A DNA stretch of 64,000 bases, taken from contig OY771506.1 in assembly GCA_963674705.1 (NCBI GenBank), forward strand, positions 4,480,001-4,544,000. Direction: 5' to 3'. Made by a program: the position numbers and the translations under genes. The notes beneath the pieces were generated by a model. It did no database searches, was not told the origin of the DNA, and saw only the letters and a program-made list of their open reading frames with translations. Positions within the stretch are counted from its first letter, which is position 1, and the number at the start of each line of letters is the position of its first letter. Origin of the DNA: Phycisphaeraceae bacterium. GTDB lineage: Bacteria > Planctomycetota > Phycisphaerae > Phycisphaerales > Phycisphaeraceae. This document shows, piece after piece, positions 19,879-29,566 of the stretch.

Positions 19879-22800
19879 ATGAAAAATCAAGTATCACTTC
19901 GTAGCACGACGCGAGTAAGCACCACCTTTGCCGTCATTCTCTCTTGCGTTGTCCCCCTTTGCACGGCAACGACCCACGCACAATTGACCGGCGACCTGAT
20001 CGCTCACGACCCCTCCACCGTCATCTACGACAGCGGCCGGTACTACAGCTTCAGCACCGGCGACCATGTCGGTGTCCGTTCCTCCGCCAACCTGACTTCA
20101 TGGACATACGAGCCGACCGCACTTGATTCGATCCCCTCATGGATCTACTCAGCCGTGCCGGGGTATTCAGGCAGTTCGCTGTGGGCGCCGGATGTCATCT
20201 ACCTAAACGGCCAGTACCACCTGTACTACTCCGCCTCCGTCTGGGGCACCAAACTCTCGGCCATCGGCCACGCCACCAGCCCCACACTCGATCCCGACGC
20301 ACCCAACTACGGCTGGACCGACCAGGGTATGGTCATCAGCTCGAATCACAGTTCGCCCTACAACGCGATCGATCCCTCACTCATGCTCGACGACAGCACC
20401 GGTCGGCTGTGGATGACATGGGGTTCGTTCAACAACGGCATCTACGTCAAGGAACTCGATCCCCTCACCGGCGACCCGCTTAATTCATCGCCCGGCATCA
20501 ACGTCGCCGCTCCAAGCCCCACGCCCGAGATCGAAGGCGCGGCCATGATGCAGCACGACGGCTACTACTACATGTTCGTCAACTGGGGCGGCTGCTGCAG
20601 CGGCGACAACAGCACCTACAACATCCGCGTCGGCAGAAGCACAAGCCCCACCGGCCCGTTCCTCGATAAGGACGGCGTCAACATGCTCAACGACGGCGGC
20701 ACGCTCTTCCTCGACGACGACGGACAAAAGATCGGCCCCGGCCACTTCAGCTTCGCCAACATCAACGGCCAGGACACGTTCAGCTACCACTACTACGATG
20801 CAGACCAGTACTGGACCGGCGACATGACCGGCCTGCCCCTGTTCGCCATGCGCAACCTCTACTGGACCAGCGACGCCTGGCCAAGCATCGCCGCGGTCAA
20901 CCCCAACTGGACAGGCTCCGCCAGCAGCAGTTGGTCGCAGGCTTCAAACTGGACCGACGCCACCGTCCCCGACGGCGCAGGACACATCGCTAACTTCACT
21001 TCCAACTCCGCGGGTCAATACAACGTCTCGCTCGGCAGCAACCGAACCCTCGGCACGATCAACTTCCGTGGCTTTGGCTCATACACAATCGGCTCAAACG
21101 CCGGCCCCACCATCACCCTCAGTGACATCAACGGCGAACTGCCCACGCTCAACGTTGCCGAACGTCAACACACCATTGCCGCACCGATCGCCGCCCAAGA
21201 CAACCTCGGCGTCAACGTCACCAATGTCTACGGTTTGCTCCAAAGTTCTCTCACACTCACCGGCGGCGTCACCGCACCGCAACTCACCAAATACGGCGGC
21301 GGCGAACTCATCCTCGATGGTATAAACAACTTCGCCGGCTCCGTCTTCGTCCGCAAAGGCGAACTGACCATCACCGGCACCGTCACCGCCAACTCGTACA
21401 CCAGCATCGGATACATCCAAACAGAGACCGGCATCTTAAACGTCCAAGGCTCGGGCAGCTTCACCGCAAACGGTGATCTGAACATCGGCGACACAGGTCA
21501 AGGCGCCAATGCCGCAACCGGCACGCTCAACCTCTCCGACCAGGCAAGCGTCACCGTCACCACCAACGGCGGCTTCTACGTCGGCTCCGGTTACTTCTCC
21601 AACACACCCGCCTACGGCACGGTCAACCACTCCGGCGGCACTCTCACCGTCAACCGCACATCGGATGGCTCGTTCATCATCGGTGGACGCAATTCAGAAG
21701 ATGCCGTTGGCGTCTACAACTTCAGCGGCGGAACCGTCAACGCGAACACAAACGTCTTCGTCGGCGGGCGGGGTGAAGGCACTGTCAATCAAACCGGCGG
21801 CACGTTCAACGCTAACGCATCCATATCGATCGGCAGGTACAACGGCTCAACCGGCATCTGGACCATCAGCGACAGCACTCTGAATCAGACCGACACAGGC
21901 AACGAACTGATCGTCGGCCAGCAGGGCCAGGGCACACTGACGATCACGCGTTCCGGCGAGGTAAACGCAAGCGGCACTGTCCTCATGGGTGATTCCTCCA
22001 GCGGCAGCGGTACCATCAACCTCAACAGCGGCACGCTCTCCCTTCCAACAATCGAACGCGGCTCTGGTACCGCAATCTTCAACTTCAACGGCGGCACTCT
22101 CCGCGCCACCGCCAACACCAGCACATTCATGCAAGGGCTCTCCCAAGCCAACGTCCAGTTCGGCGGCGCGGTGATCGACACGCAATCCTTCGACATCACC
22201 ATCGCACAACCGTTGATCCACGACAGCTCGCTTGGCTCAACACCGGATGGCGGGCTGATCAAACGCGGCGACGGCGCACTCACACTCACCGCCACACAAA
22301 CCTACACCGGCAACACCACCATCGAAAACGGCACACTCGCCCTGACGTCCGATGCTTCGATCAACAACGTCACAAGTTTCAATATCAATCCCGCCGCGAT
22401 ACTCGCCCTGGAAATCACCGACACCGCTGACCTGAGCACCATCGACGTCAACGGCAACTTCGCCGCCGACGGCACGCTCCGCATCACGCTAGCTGCCGAC
22501 GCTACCGCCCCACAATTCGGTGACGCCTACGACCTGCTTGACTTCGCCACACTCACCGGTGCGTTTGATGTGCTGGACCTGCCCTCGCTGAGCCCGGGCC
22601 TCGTCTGGAACACCGCCAACCTCCTCAACGCCGGCATATTAACCATCGCCATCGCCGATGATATCGCGGGCGATCTCAACAACGACGGCTACGTCGGCCT
22701 CGACGACCTCGACCTGATCCTCAACAACTGGAATACAACTGTCCGCGACGGTCACCCGTCCGATCCCTCCGGCGATAACTTCGTCGGCCTCGATGACCTG

Positions 22801-23037
22801 GACATCGTCCTCAACAACTGGAACAACGGTACACCGCCGGATGCGTTAACCAACATCCCCGAACCAACAACACTCGCATTATTGTCCCTCGTCGGCATCG
22901 CCATGACCCGACGGCCACATTACCGAATTGGCTATCGGGAGCATAACGATGTCATATCCCCCCGAACTTCACACGGGCCCCTGAATCGAGGGCACGTGGG
23001 TCTCTATCCGAGGTGGATGCACGATTTGGATTCGTAA
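19879..23037 (+). CDS. GH43 arabinan endo-1,5-alpha-L-arabinosidase-like domain + beta-strand repeats + dockerin-like repeat + PEP-CTERM
   Basis: AHDPS, WAPDV, NAIDP, WGSF, IEGA, GGCCSG..STYNIRVGRS....GPF.DKDG and GPGH, the GH43 arabinanase pattern. IPEPTTLALL...RR lies near the C-terminus. Confidence 0.9.
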   Translation: MKNQVSLRSTTRVSTTFAVILSCVVPLCTATTHAQLTGDLIAHDPSTVIYDSGRYYSFSTGDHVGVRSSANLTSWTYEPTALDSIPSWIYSAVPGYSGSSLWAPDVIYLNGQYHLYYSASVWGTKLSAIGHATSPTLDPDAPNYGWTDQGMVISSNHSSPYNAIDPSLMLDDSTGRLWMTWGSFNNGIYVKELDPLTGDPLNSSPGINVAAPSPTPEIEGAAMMQHDGYYYMFVNWGGCCSGDNSTYNIRVGRSTSPTGPFLDKDGVNMLNDGGTLFLDDDGQKIGPGHFSFANINGQDTFSYHYYDADQYWTGDMTGLPLFAMRNLYWTSDAWPSIAAVNPNWTGSASSSWSQASNWTDATVPDGAGHIANFTSNSAGQYNVSLGSNRTLGTINFRGFGSYTIGSNAGPTITLSDINGELPTLNVAERQHTIAAPIAAQDNLGVNVTNVYGLLQSSLTLTGGVTAPQLTKYGGGELILDGINNFAGSVFVRKGELTITGTVTANSYTSIGYIQTETGILNVQGSGSFTANGDLNIGDTGQGANAATGTLNLSDQASVTVTTNGGFYVGSGYFSNTPAYGTVNHSGGTLTVNRTSDGSFIIGGRNSEDAVGVYNFSGGTVNANTNVFVGGRGEGTVNQTGGTFNANASISIGRYNGSTGIWTISDSTLNQTDTGNELIVGQQGQGTLTITRSGEVNASGTVLMGDSSSGSGTINLNSGTLSLPTIERGSGTAIFNFNGGTLRATANTSTFMQGLSQANVQFGGAVIDTQSFDITIAQPLIHDSSLGSTPDGGLIKRGDGALTLTATQTYTGNTTIENGTLALTSDASINNVTSFNINPAAILALEITDTADLSTIDVNGNFAADGTLRITLAADATAPQFGDAYDLLDFATLTGAFDVLDLPSLSPGLVWNTANLLNAGILTIAIADDIAGDLNNDGYVGLDDLDLILNNWNTTVRDGHPSDPSGDNFVGLDDLDIVLNNWNNGTPPDALTNIPEPTTLALLSLVGIAMTRRPHYRIGYREHNDVISPRTSHGPLNRGHVGLYPRWMHDLDS

Positions 23038-23067
23038 CAAAACCACGTGAGTCAAAGTGTGAGACAC

Positions 23068-25650
23068 ATGAATCAAAACCCGACTCATCCGGCCCCGGTC
23101 GCCTTCTGCGTATCCGCGCTGTTGACGGGGACGGCACTCGGCCAGAACACAATCAACTTCAGCGTCAACGACGCCGGCATGAGCAAGTCAGTCCCAACCT
23201 GGGGCGTCGATATCGCCTGGGCCAACTACAACAACGTACGTCAGAGCATCGAACATATCGGGCTGAACAACGTCGATATCGCGCGTGTGCTTGTCTACGT
23301 TGATGAACCACTGGTCGATCTGGGCGGCGGCAACTACGGATTAACAAACGCGGCGAAGTCGAAGATCGATAATCACCTTGCGCTCGCCGCCATGGCCGGG
23401 AACAATATCCCACTCACCTTCGGGATCGGCGGCAGTGATCCCGGCTCGATCGACTCGGACTACGTCTCCGGCTCGGGGATCAACGTCAGCAACTACGTCC
23501 GCGTGATTAAAGCCACTCAGGAATACATCAACAGCCGACCCGGTTTCAGCTCGTCACCGATCTATGCCATCGAGCCGTTCAACGAGCCGGACTTCAACTT
23601 CACGCAGGCGAATCCCACCGACTTAAACAACATCATCCAGCAGCTAAGGACGTATGATGAGTTTCGCACCACGCTCATGATGGCGCCGAGCACGCTCAAC
23701 AGCGACAACGCCCAGTGGTGGTACGATCAGGTCCCGCAAGCCACCGCGGGCTCATCGCACCTGCTTGCCGGTTCATTAACCTCATGGACGAACTTCATCG
23801 ATTACGTCAACAACGACGGAAAAACGTTCATCAATCCGGAAATCCACAGCATGGGCGAAATCCTCGCCGGCGCTGAACACGGCATGGCGGCGGGGATGGT
23901 CTGGGCGGATGTGCTCCGTGGACGCGGCACGCTGATCCAGGCTTCCGACGGCGATCGACTCGGTTATGCTGAAGACCTGGCAAACCAATCCGCAGGCGCG
24001 GTCTACCGCGCGCCCGACGGGCAGGTCTACGCATTCGCCGGCGGGCTGGAACGAGACTACACCGGTTCGCCCAGCACCTACCGCTTTGTCAGCACCGATC
24101 AGGATGTCTACTTCAACGGCATCCCGGTGCGTGAATACTTCATGCCCACCAATAACGACCATGTCGTTTCCGATACGGATAACGACTTCCAAAACTACGG
24201 GTCGTGGTCTTCCGAAGGCGCATTCGTCAATATCGATACCGACGACTCCGGCGTCCCCGCGCTCGACGGCTACCGATGGAAGATCGTCAATGTAAACGAC
24301 GGCTCGGTCATGGAAGTCGTCAACGGCGGCACAAGCAACGGCGCGCAGATCGAATCGGCAAGCGACGACGGCGGCGTAAACCAGATGTGGCGCATCACCC
24401 GCACGCGCAACGGGTATTACCACCTGTACAACGCCGCCAGCGGACTCACCGCCGAGGTCGCGAACCTCTCACTGAGCAACGGCGCCGATGTCCGTCAATG
24501 GGGCACCGCCGACAACGCCGGCCAGCAGTGGTACATCGAGCAAGCGGGCGACGGCACATTCCATATCCGAAACGCGCACAGCAACAAATACCTGGACGCC
24601 TCGCTCAACAGCGACAACATCATCCAATGGGAAAATAACGGCGGGCTGCAGCAGCAGTGGCAATTCGTCATGGCCAACCCGACCCACGGCCCGCAGGCGC
24701 AATACCTCTTCCAGACAAACACGAACGACTCCGCCGGTACAAACCACGCCACAACGTTCGGCAGCCCAACCTACGTCGCCGGCCCGTCGGGCGAACCTGA
24801 CACCGCGATCGAATTCGACGGCAACAACGATTATCTTCAACTGCCTAACGATATCGCCAACACCGAAGACATTACCATTGCCACGTGGGTCAAGTGGGAC
24901 GGCGGCGGCGAGTGGCAACGCATCTTCGACTTCGGTAATAACACCGATGAATATATGTTCCTCACGCCGTCAAGCGGGAGTAACACGCTGCGCTTCGCCA
25001 TCACCACAGGCAGCGGTGCTGAAGAACAAATCCTGGAAACCGATCCCCTGCCCATCGGCGAATGGGTCCACCTTACACTCACACTCGGCGGCAACACCGG
25101 CATCCTCTACATCGACGGCACACCCCAGGTCGCGGGCCAGATCCTGTTCGACCCCACCGACTTCAACCCCGTCAACAACTACATCGGCAAAAGCCAATGG
25201 CCCGACCCGCTGTTCAACGGAACGATCGCCAACTTCCAGCTCTTCAACTACGCACTGCACCCCACGCAAATCAGCGCGTTATACGATGACAGCCTCCCGC
25301 CACTTGTCGGTGACCTCAACAGCGACGGCTTCGTCGGCCTCGACGACCTCGACATTATCCTCTCCAACTGGAACAACTTCGTCCGCGACGGCAATCCCGC
25401 CGACCCCTCGGGAGACAACTTCATCGGCCTCGACGACCTCGACATCGTGCTCAACAACTGGAACGCCGGCACACCCCCCAATAACCCCGCCGATATCCCC
25501 GAACCCACCAGCACCGCTTTGCTTGGGCTCGGGCTCTCGCTCTTGTTTACCAGACGTCAACACCCCAACCCTCTTACAAGGTCAGAGGGAGTAATACCAA
25601 CCTGCGTCATTCGCAATAATCTACAGAACAACTGTAACCCGAACACATAA
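23068..25650 (+). CDS. Unclassified GH-like N-terminal domain + ricin-B lectin + LamG + dockerin-like repeat + PEP-CTERM
   Basis: WGVDIAW, IEPFNEPD and NPEIHS motifs; QxW ricin repeats; LamG (WQRIFDFG...YMFLTP); IPEPTSTALLGLG. Confidence 0.82.
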   Translation: MNQNPTHPAPVAFCVSALLTGTALGQNTINFSVNDAGMSKSVPTWGVDIAWANYNNVRQSIEHIGLNNVDIARVLVYVDEPLVDLGGGNYGLTNAAKSKIDNHLALAAMAGNNIPLTFGIGGSDPGSIDSDYVSGSGINVSNYVRVIKATQEYINSRPGFSSSPIYAIEPFNEPDFNFTQANPTDLNNIIQQLRTYDEFRTTLMMAPSTLNSDNAQWWYDQVPQATAGSSHLLAGSLTSWTNFIDYVNNDGKTFINPEIHSMGEILAGAEHGMAAGMVWADVLRGRGTLIQASDGDRLGYAEDLANQSAGAVYRAPDGQVYAFAGGLERDYTGSPSTYRFVSTDQDVYFNGIPVREYFMPTNNDHVVSDTDNDFQNYGSWSSEGAFVNIDTDDSGVPALDGYRWKIVNVNDGSVMEVVNGGTSNGAQIESASDDGGVNQMWRITRTRNGYYHLYNAASGLTAEVANLSLSNGADVRQWGTADNAGQQWYIEQAGDGTFHIRNAHSNKYLDASLNSDNIIQWENNGGLQQQWQFVMANPTHGPQAQYLFQTNTNDSAGTNHATTFGSPTYVAGPSGEPDTAIEFDGNNDYLQLPNDIANTEDITIATWVKWDGGGEWQRIFDFGNNTDEYMFLTPSSGSNTLRFAITTGSGAEEQILETDPLPIGEWVHLTLTLGGNTGILYIDGTPQVAGQILFDPTDFNPVNNYIGKSQWPDPLFNGTIANFQLFNYALHPTQISALYDDSLPPLVGDLNSDGFVGLDDLDIILSNWNNFVRDGNPADPSGDNFIGLDDLDIVLNNWNAGTPPNNPADIPEPTSTALLGLGLSLLFTRRQHPNPLTRSEGVIPTCVIRNNLQNNCNPNT

Positions 25651-25663
25651 ATCACTAAGCTTT

Positions 25664-25697
25664 GGGTGCCCCATTATGCCCGAAAGGCATACGGTGC
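25664..25697 (+). repeat. REP-like intergenic palindrome
   Basis: GGGTGCCCCATTATGCCCGAAAGGCATACGGTGC, containing a TATGCC-CGAAA-GGCATA hairpin. Confidence 0.4.
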
Positions 25698-25806
25698 TTC
25701 ACACCGACAACACTTCAGATTTGTATAATACGTCAGCGCATCTTCCCCGCGCGGACGCTGCCATTCTGAACAAACCGAAACGCGATACATCACACGCCGA
25801 GATCAC

Positions 25807-28245
25807 ATGAACATGAATAAGATCACACGTTTCGTCACACTGACACTCACACTGACACTCTTCGGCCTCTGCTTGTCATTCTCCCCTAAGACCTGCGGCC
25901 AAAACGTCCTCTACTTCAACACAATCGACCCCGGCGAAACCAAAGCCATCTATACATGGGGTATCGACACCGCCTGGCCCAGTGTCGACAACATGCGCCA
26001 GGGTCTGACACACATGGGCGTCGACCAGACCGACTCCGTCCGCATGTGCTTCTACGTCGACGATCCGCTGACCAGTACCGGTGAGCTCGGTGAAAAGAGC
26101 AAGCGCAGGCTCGACCGCCACATGCAAATCGCCAACAGGGCCGGCGACAAACCCTGGGCCCTGTTGCCCGCCACCGAAGACTATGTCCACGACTGGTACA
26201 AGGACGGCGAGAGGATCCGCGCCGATCGATGGGTCGCGCTGCTCGAAGCGACACAAAAATACCTCGGCAAACCCGTCGCCGTCATCGAACCGTTCAACGA
26301 ACCGGACTGGGGCTGGGGGCAAGGCTCACCAGAAGACCTGCTCAACATCCTGCAATTGCTGCGAAAAAGCCCGCACTTCAAAAACACAAAACTCGGCGGC
26401 CCCGCCACGCTCAACAGCGACGCGTTCCGCCGGTGGTACACCGTCATCAAGGACGAGATCGACATCGGCTCAACCCATACACTCGCCGGCAGCTTCGACA
26501 ACTACGTCGACTTCATCAAACAAGTCAAAGCCGACGGCCTCGAAGCCTCCAACCCCGAAGCACACAGCGTCGTCGAAGCCATCATCGGCGCGGAGTATGG
26601 CTTGCACGATGTCACCTGGTGGGGCGCTCCCTTCCGCTCGCGCGGCCTGTTCGTCAAAAGCTGCCAGGGCAAACGACTCGCCTACCTCGAAGACCGTGAA
26701 GCCTGGTCCGCCGCCGCCGTCTACCGCGCGCCGGACGGCGTCATCCGCGCCTTCGCCGCAGGCATCGAACGACAAGGCAATCCGACCTCTTATCGCTTCG
26801 TTGTCGGCGACCGCGCCGTCTACTTCGATGGTGTGGGCCCGACACGCGTACTCGACTTCCCCGTCGAACGACACGCCGAAGAAGTGATTGAAGTCGCCTT
26901 CGGCCATGACATCCCCCCGGTACTCAACGGTCAACGCTTCGTCATCGTCAACCGCGCCACCGGCAAAGCCCTTCAACTCAGCTCCACCGAAGAAGGCTCA
27001 ACCCTTCAACAAGACGCCATCGACAATACGCTCGATGAAAAGTGGGACGTCGCCCGTGCTCGCCACGGCTATTACACGATAAAGAACGCAAAGACGCGCA
27101 AGGCCGCCGCGATCCGCGGTTGGAATCTGCTCGACGATGGCGAACCGATCTGCAATATGGGCGATGGCGGTTACGAAACCGGCATGTGGGACTTTGAATA
27201 CCTCGGCGAAGGCTGGTTCCACATCCGCAACAACTACACCTGCAAACTCATGATCGCTGACGGCGACAGCATCGTCCAAGGTGCTGCTGCAACCAGCGAA
27301 GCCCAGCAATGGCGGTTATTCCCCGCCGATTACCCCGTCGACTTCGATGCGCCTCAGCCGCCTTCAAACCTGAAAGCAACCGCCAAAGATGCCGCCGTTG
27401 CACTTACATGGGATGACAACGGCCAATCGGACATCTCCAAGTACACGATCTACCGTTCCGCAATGTCGGGCGGCCCATATGATGTCATCGCTGAATCAAC
27501 AACAAACAGCTACACCGACCCCACCGCCAACAAGCATCAGCCTTACTACTACGTCGTGCGTGCGACGGATCACGCGCTTAACCCATCAGATATCTCTTCC
27601 GAAATCACCGCCACTCCCACCGGCAAGCCCGCGTTGATCACGCACCTCGAGTTTGAAAACAACATGCGCGATTCATCCGAAAACGGTTTCGACGCAACCA
27701 TCCACGGCTCACCCATGTTTGCCGACGGCAAGTTCGGCCGATCCATCCAGCTCGACGGCAGGAACGAATACCTCTCGCTGCCGCAGGCCTCCATCAACAG
27801 CGAAGACTTCACCTTCACCGTCTGGGTCTACTGGTTCGGCGGCAACTGGGTCGCCGGCCCCACATGGCAACGCCTGTTCGACTTCGGCTACGACACCGAA
27901 CACTACATGTTCCTCTCGCCTCAATCCAACGATGAGAAGCTCCGCTTCGCGATCAAGAACGGCGGCGAAGAACAACGCTTAAACGCCCCCGCCCTCGAAC
28001 GAAACAAGTGGACCCACCTCGCCGTCGTCCTCGATGGTGATACCGGCAAGCTCTATATCAACGGCAAACTCGCCGACAAACAAACAATCACCATCGACCC
28101 CGCCGACCTCAAACCCATCACCACCTGGATCGGCAAAAGCACCTTCAACAACGACCCCATGTTCCTCGGCCGAATCGACGACCTGCGCATCTACAACCAC
28201 GCGCTATCCGAAAGCGAAATCAAAACACTAGGCCAACCACGCTAG
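25807..28245 (+). CDS. Paralogous unclassified GH-like protein + ricin-B lectin + FN3 + LamG (no PEP-CTERM)
   Basis: WGIDTAW, IEPFNEPD, NPEAHS and AVYRAPDG motifs match the upstream gene; FN3 (APQPPSNLKATA...YYYVVRA); LamG at the C-terminus. Confidence 0.82.
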   Translation: MNMNKITRFVTLTLTLTLFGLCLSFSPKTCGQNVLYFNTIDPGETKAIYTWGIDTAWPSVDNMRQGLTHMGVDQTDSVRMCFYVDDPLTSTGELGEKSKRRLDRHMQIANRAGDKPWALLPATEDYVHDWYKDGERIRADRWVALLEATQKYLGKPVAVIEPFNEPDWGWGQGSPEDLLNILQLLRKSPHFKNTKLGGPATLNSDAFRRWYTVIKDEIDIGSTHTLAGSFDNYVDFIKQVKADGLEASNPEAHSVVEAIIGAEYGLHDVTWWGAPFRSRGLFVKSCQGKRLAYLEDREAWSAAAVYRAPDGVIRAFAAGIERQGNPTSYRFVVGDRAVYFDGVGPTRVLDFPVERHAEEVIEVAFGHDIPPVLNGQRFVIVNRATGKALQLSSTEEGSTLQQDAIDNTLDEKWDVARARHGYYTIKNAKTRKAAAIRGWNLLDDGEPICNMGDGGYETGMWDFEYLGEGWFHIRNNYTCKLMIADGDSIVQGAAATSEAQQWRLFPADYPVDFDAPQPPSNLKATAKDAAVALTWDDNGQSDISKYTIYRSAMSGGPYDVIAESTTNSYTDPTANKHQPYYYVVRATDHALNPSDISSEITATPTGKPALITHLEFENNMRDSSENGFDATIHGSPMFADGKFGRSIQLDGRNEYLSLPQASINSEDFTFTVWVYWFGGNWVAGPTWQRLFDFGYDTEHYMFLSPQSNDEKLRFAIKNGGEEQRLNAPALERNKWTHLAVVLDGDTGKLYINGKLADKQTITIDPADLKPITTWIGKSTFNNDPMFLGRIDDLRIYNHALSESEIKTLGQPR

Positions 28246-28270
28246 AACGTCTGCGAGAAGTTTTTTTGCC

Positions 28271-28300
28271 ACAGATGAACACAGATAAACACAGATAAAT
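28271..28300 (+). repeat. 10-bp tandem repeat (ACAGATRAAY x3)
   Basis: ACAGATGAAC ACAGATAAAC ACAGATAAAT. Confidence 0.8.
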
Positions 28301-28328
28301 ACAAGAACGAATCGTAGATGCGCGAGCT

Positions 28329-28375
28329 CGGCGCGGGACTCCCGACCCCGCCGAAACCACCGGCCGCAGGTCTCC
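28329..28375 (+). repeat. REP-like palindromic element
   Basis: CGGCGCGGG-ACTCCCGA-CCCCGCCG hairpin followed by ...GCAGGTCTCC. Confidence 0.5.
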
Positions 28376-28421
28376 AAACCATGAGACTAAATAACACATG
28401 AAAGATGCAAGTTAACTAACA

Positions 28422-28458
28422 CCTTCTCCCCTCGGGAGAAGGCCGGGATGAGGGCCGG
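28422..28458 (+). repeat. Palindromic repeat family A (CCTTCTCCC-CTC-GGGAGAAGG-CCGGGATGAGGG)
   Basis: Perfect 9-bp stem. A related copy lies in inverted orientation at 33160-33206. Confidence 0.7.
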
Positions 28459-28780
28459 ATTGATTAGGTGTACCAATCAAATACGTTCGCATAAAGGTGG
28501 TTCGGGGTGGTCTCTTGTAGAATCTGCAGCCATGTTGGGAATGACGAATTTAGTTGCCGAATTATTAGAGACTGATATTGGCAGTGATAAACTGCTTGGA
28601 TTGGCTGCGAAAAACGAGCGCCTTGATACGATGAGATATCTAATCGAGCGAGGCGTTAATCCATTCAAGGGATTTCTGCTTGAAGATAAAACAAAAGTAG
28701 AAGAGTTGGTAAAGCGGGGCAAAGAAGATGCCTATCATTTGCTTATGCAAGCACGCAATGCATGGGGCAAGTCCAATTAG
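28448..28780 (+). pseudogene. AT-rich ankyrin-repeat-like gene fragment
   Basis: GWSLVESAAMLGMTNLVAELLE and LLGLAAKNERLDTMRYLIERGVNP resemble ankyrin repeats. GC is much lower than in the flanks, and the only upstream ATG lies inside the palindromic repeat. Confidence 0.55.
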
Positions 28781-28822
28781 AGCGATCTCAATCCAAACGT
28801 AGCCAGTAGCCTCCTCCCCTTA

Positions 28823-28851
28823 CCATCATCCCCACACAGGCGGGGATCCAC
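28823..28851 (+). repeat. Palindromic repeat family B (GTCATTCCCGCGCAGGCGGGAATCCA-type)
   Basis: CCATCATCCCCACACAGGCGGGGATCCAC; an inverted relative lies at 34325-34353. Confidence 0.7.
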
Positions 28852-28864
28852 GTCTTTGGATTCA

Positions 28865-29023
28865 TTGGAGAATTACGGCTCGATCGTCCTGGTGATCGGC
28901 AACTCCGCGGACACAGACTACGATGTGCCGATCGAGGTCGGCAGACGAACTGATAACAACACCATGCATGTGAAGCTGCCCACCCGCTCGATCAACACCT
29001 TCATCATCCCGCCGGTTAAGTGA
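28865..29023 (+). pseudogene. Orphan C-terminal fragment resembling the beta-sandwich tail of a GH30-type hydrolase
   Basis: Not in the ORF track (52 aa): LENYGSIVLVIGNSADTDYDVPIEVGRRTDNNTMHVKLPTRSINTFIIPPVK*. It matches the N.DGS.VLV..N...LP..SI.T pattern and has host-like codon usage. Confidence 0.55.
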
Positions 29024-29522
29024 TCGGCCAGGTGCTAAGGCGCATCGGGCGGCAAGCAAAATTACACAATAGTTTTATATTTTTTAGCCGTAGCCGACTA
29101 GCCGACAGACAGCGGCCTATGGGTCGCGAGTTGCCCAAGCCGGACCGGCCCAGGTTGTCAAAACGGGAAAGTTGGGTAAACCGACGTCTATCCGGGAATG
29201 GCCGTGATCGTGCGCATGCTGTCCAATCACGACAGCACTGTGCGCCCGTCGAGTGGTGGATAATTGGGTGGCCGCATCTGCCGGATTTGCTTCCGATCGC
29301 GGCTTGGTTTAGCCCAAACAACCCGGATCACCAAGCTACCCCAAACATGGCTTCATCAATGCGATTTTGAGGATGGGCGTGTGAAGATAGACAAGTTGAA
29401 CCCGCTTAACCTTAGGCAGCACCCCTGCCCTGAACGCTCTGAGCCGGGCTCGATATCCATACGGCTCCGTATCCCCGATCAGAATTTAAGCAGTCAATAC
29501 ATTCTTCGATCCCGGTAACATT

Positions 29523-29566
29523 GTCTATAACATAGACTTGTATTTAACCCCGTGTGCTATTATAAT
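29523..29566 (+). promoter_or_regulatory. Sigma70 promoter with adjacent palindromic operator
   Basis: TTGTAT(29538)-17nt-TATAAT(29561-29566); the palindrome GTCTAT-AAC-ATAGAC (29523-29537) abuts the -35 box. Confidence 0.7.

Noticed and set aside
25836..25859. 12-bp tandem duplication CACACTGACACT in a signal peptide
   Set aside because: It is in-frame with only two units and merely lengthens the hydrophobic stretch (TLTLTLTL); there is no evidence of phase variation.
24488..26887. Long alternative-frame Ser/Thr-rich ORFs (24488-25594, 26081-26887) and similar antisense ORFs elsewhere
   Set aside because: They are by-products of strong C-ending codon bias in the real genes, with no motifs or RBS.
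28271..28300. ACAGATRAAY tandem as a mini-CRISPR or iteron set
   Set aside because: Only three contiguous 10-mers, with no spacers and no rep or cas gene nearby.
29016..29518. Several 84-116 aa ORFs on both strands
   Set aside because: No codon bias, RBS or motif; treated as intergenic or decayed DNA.
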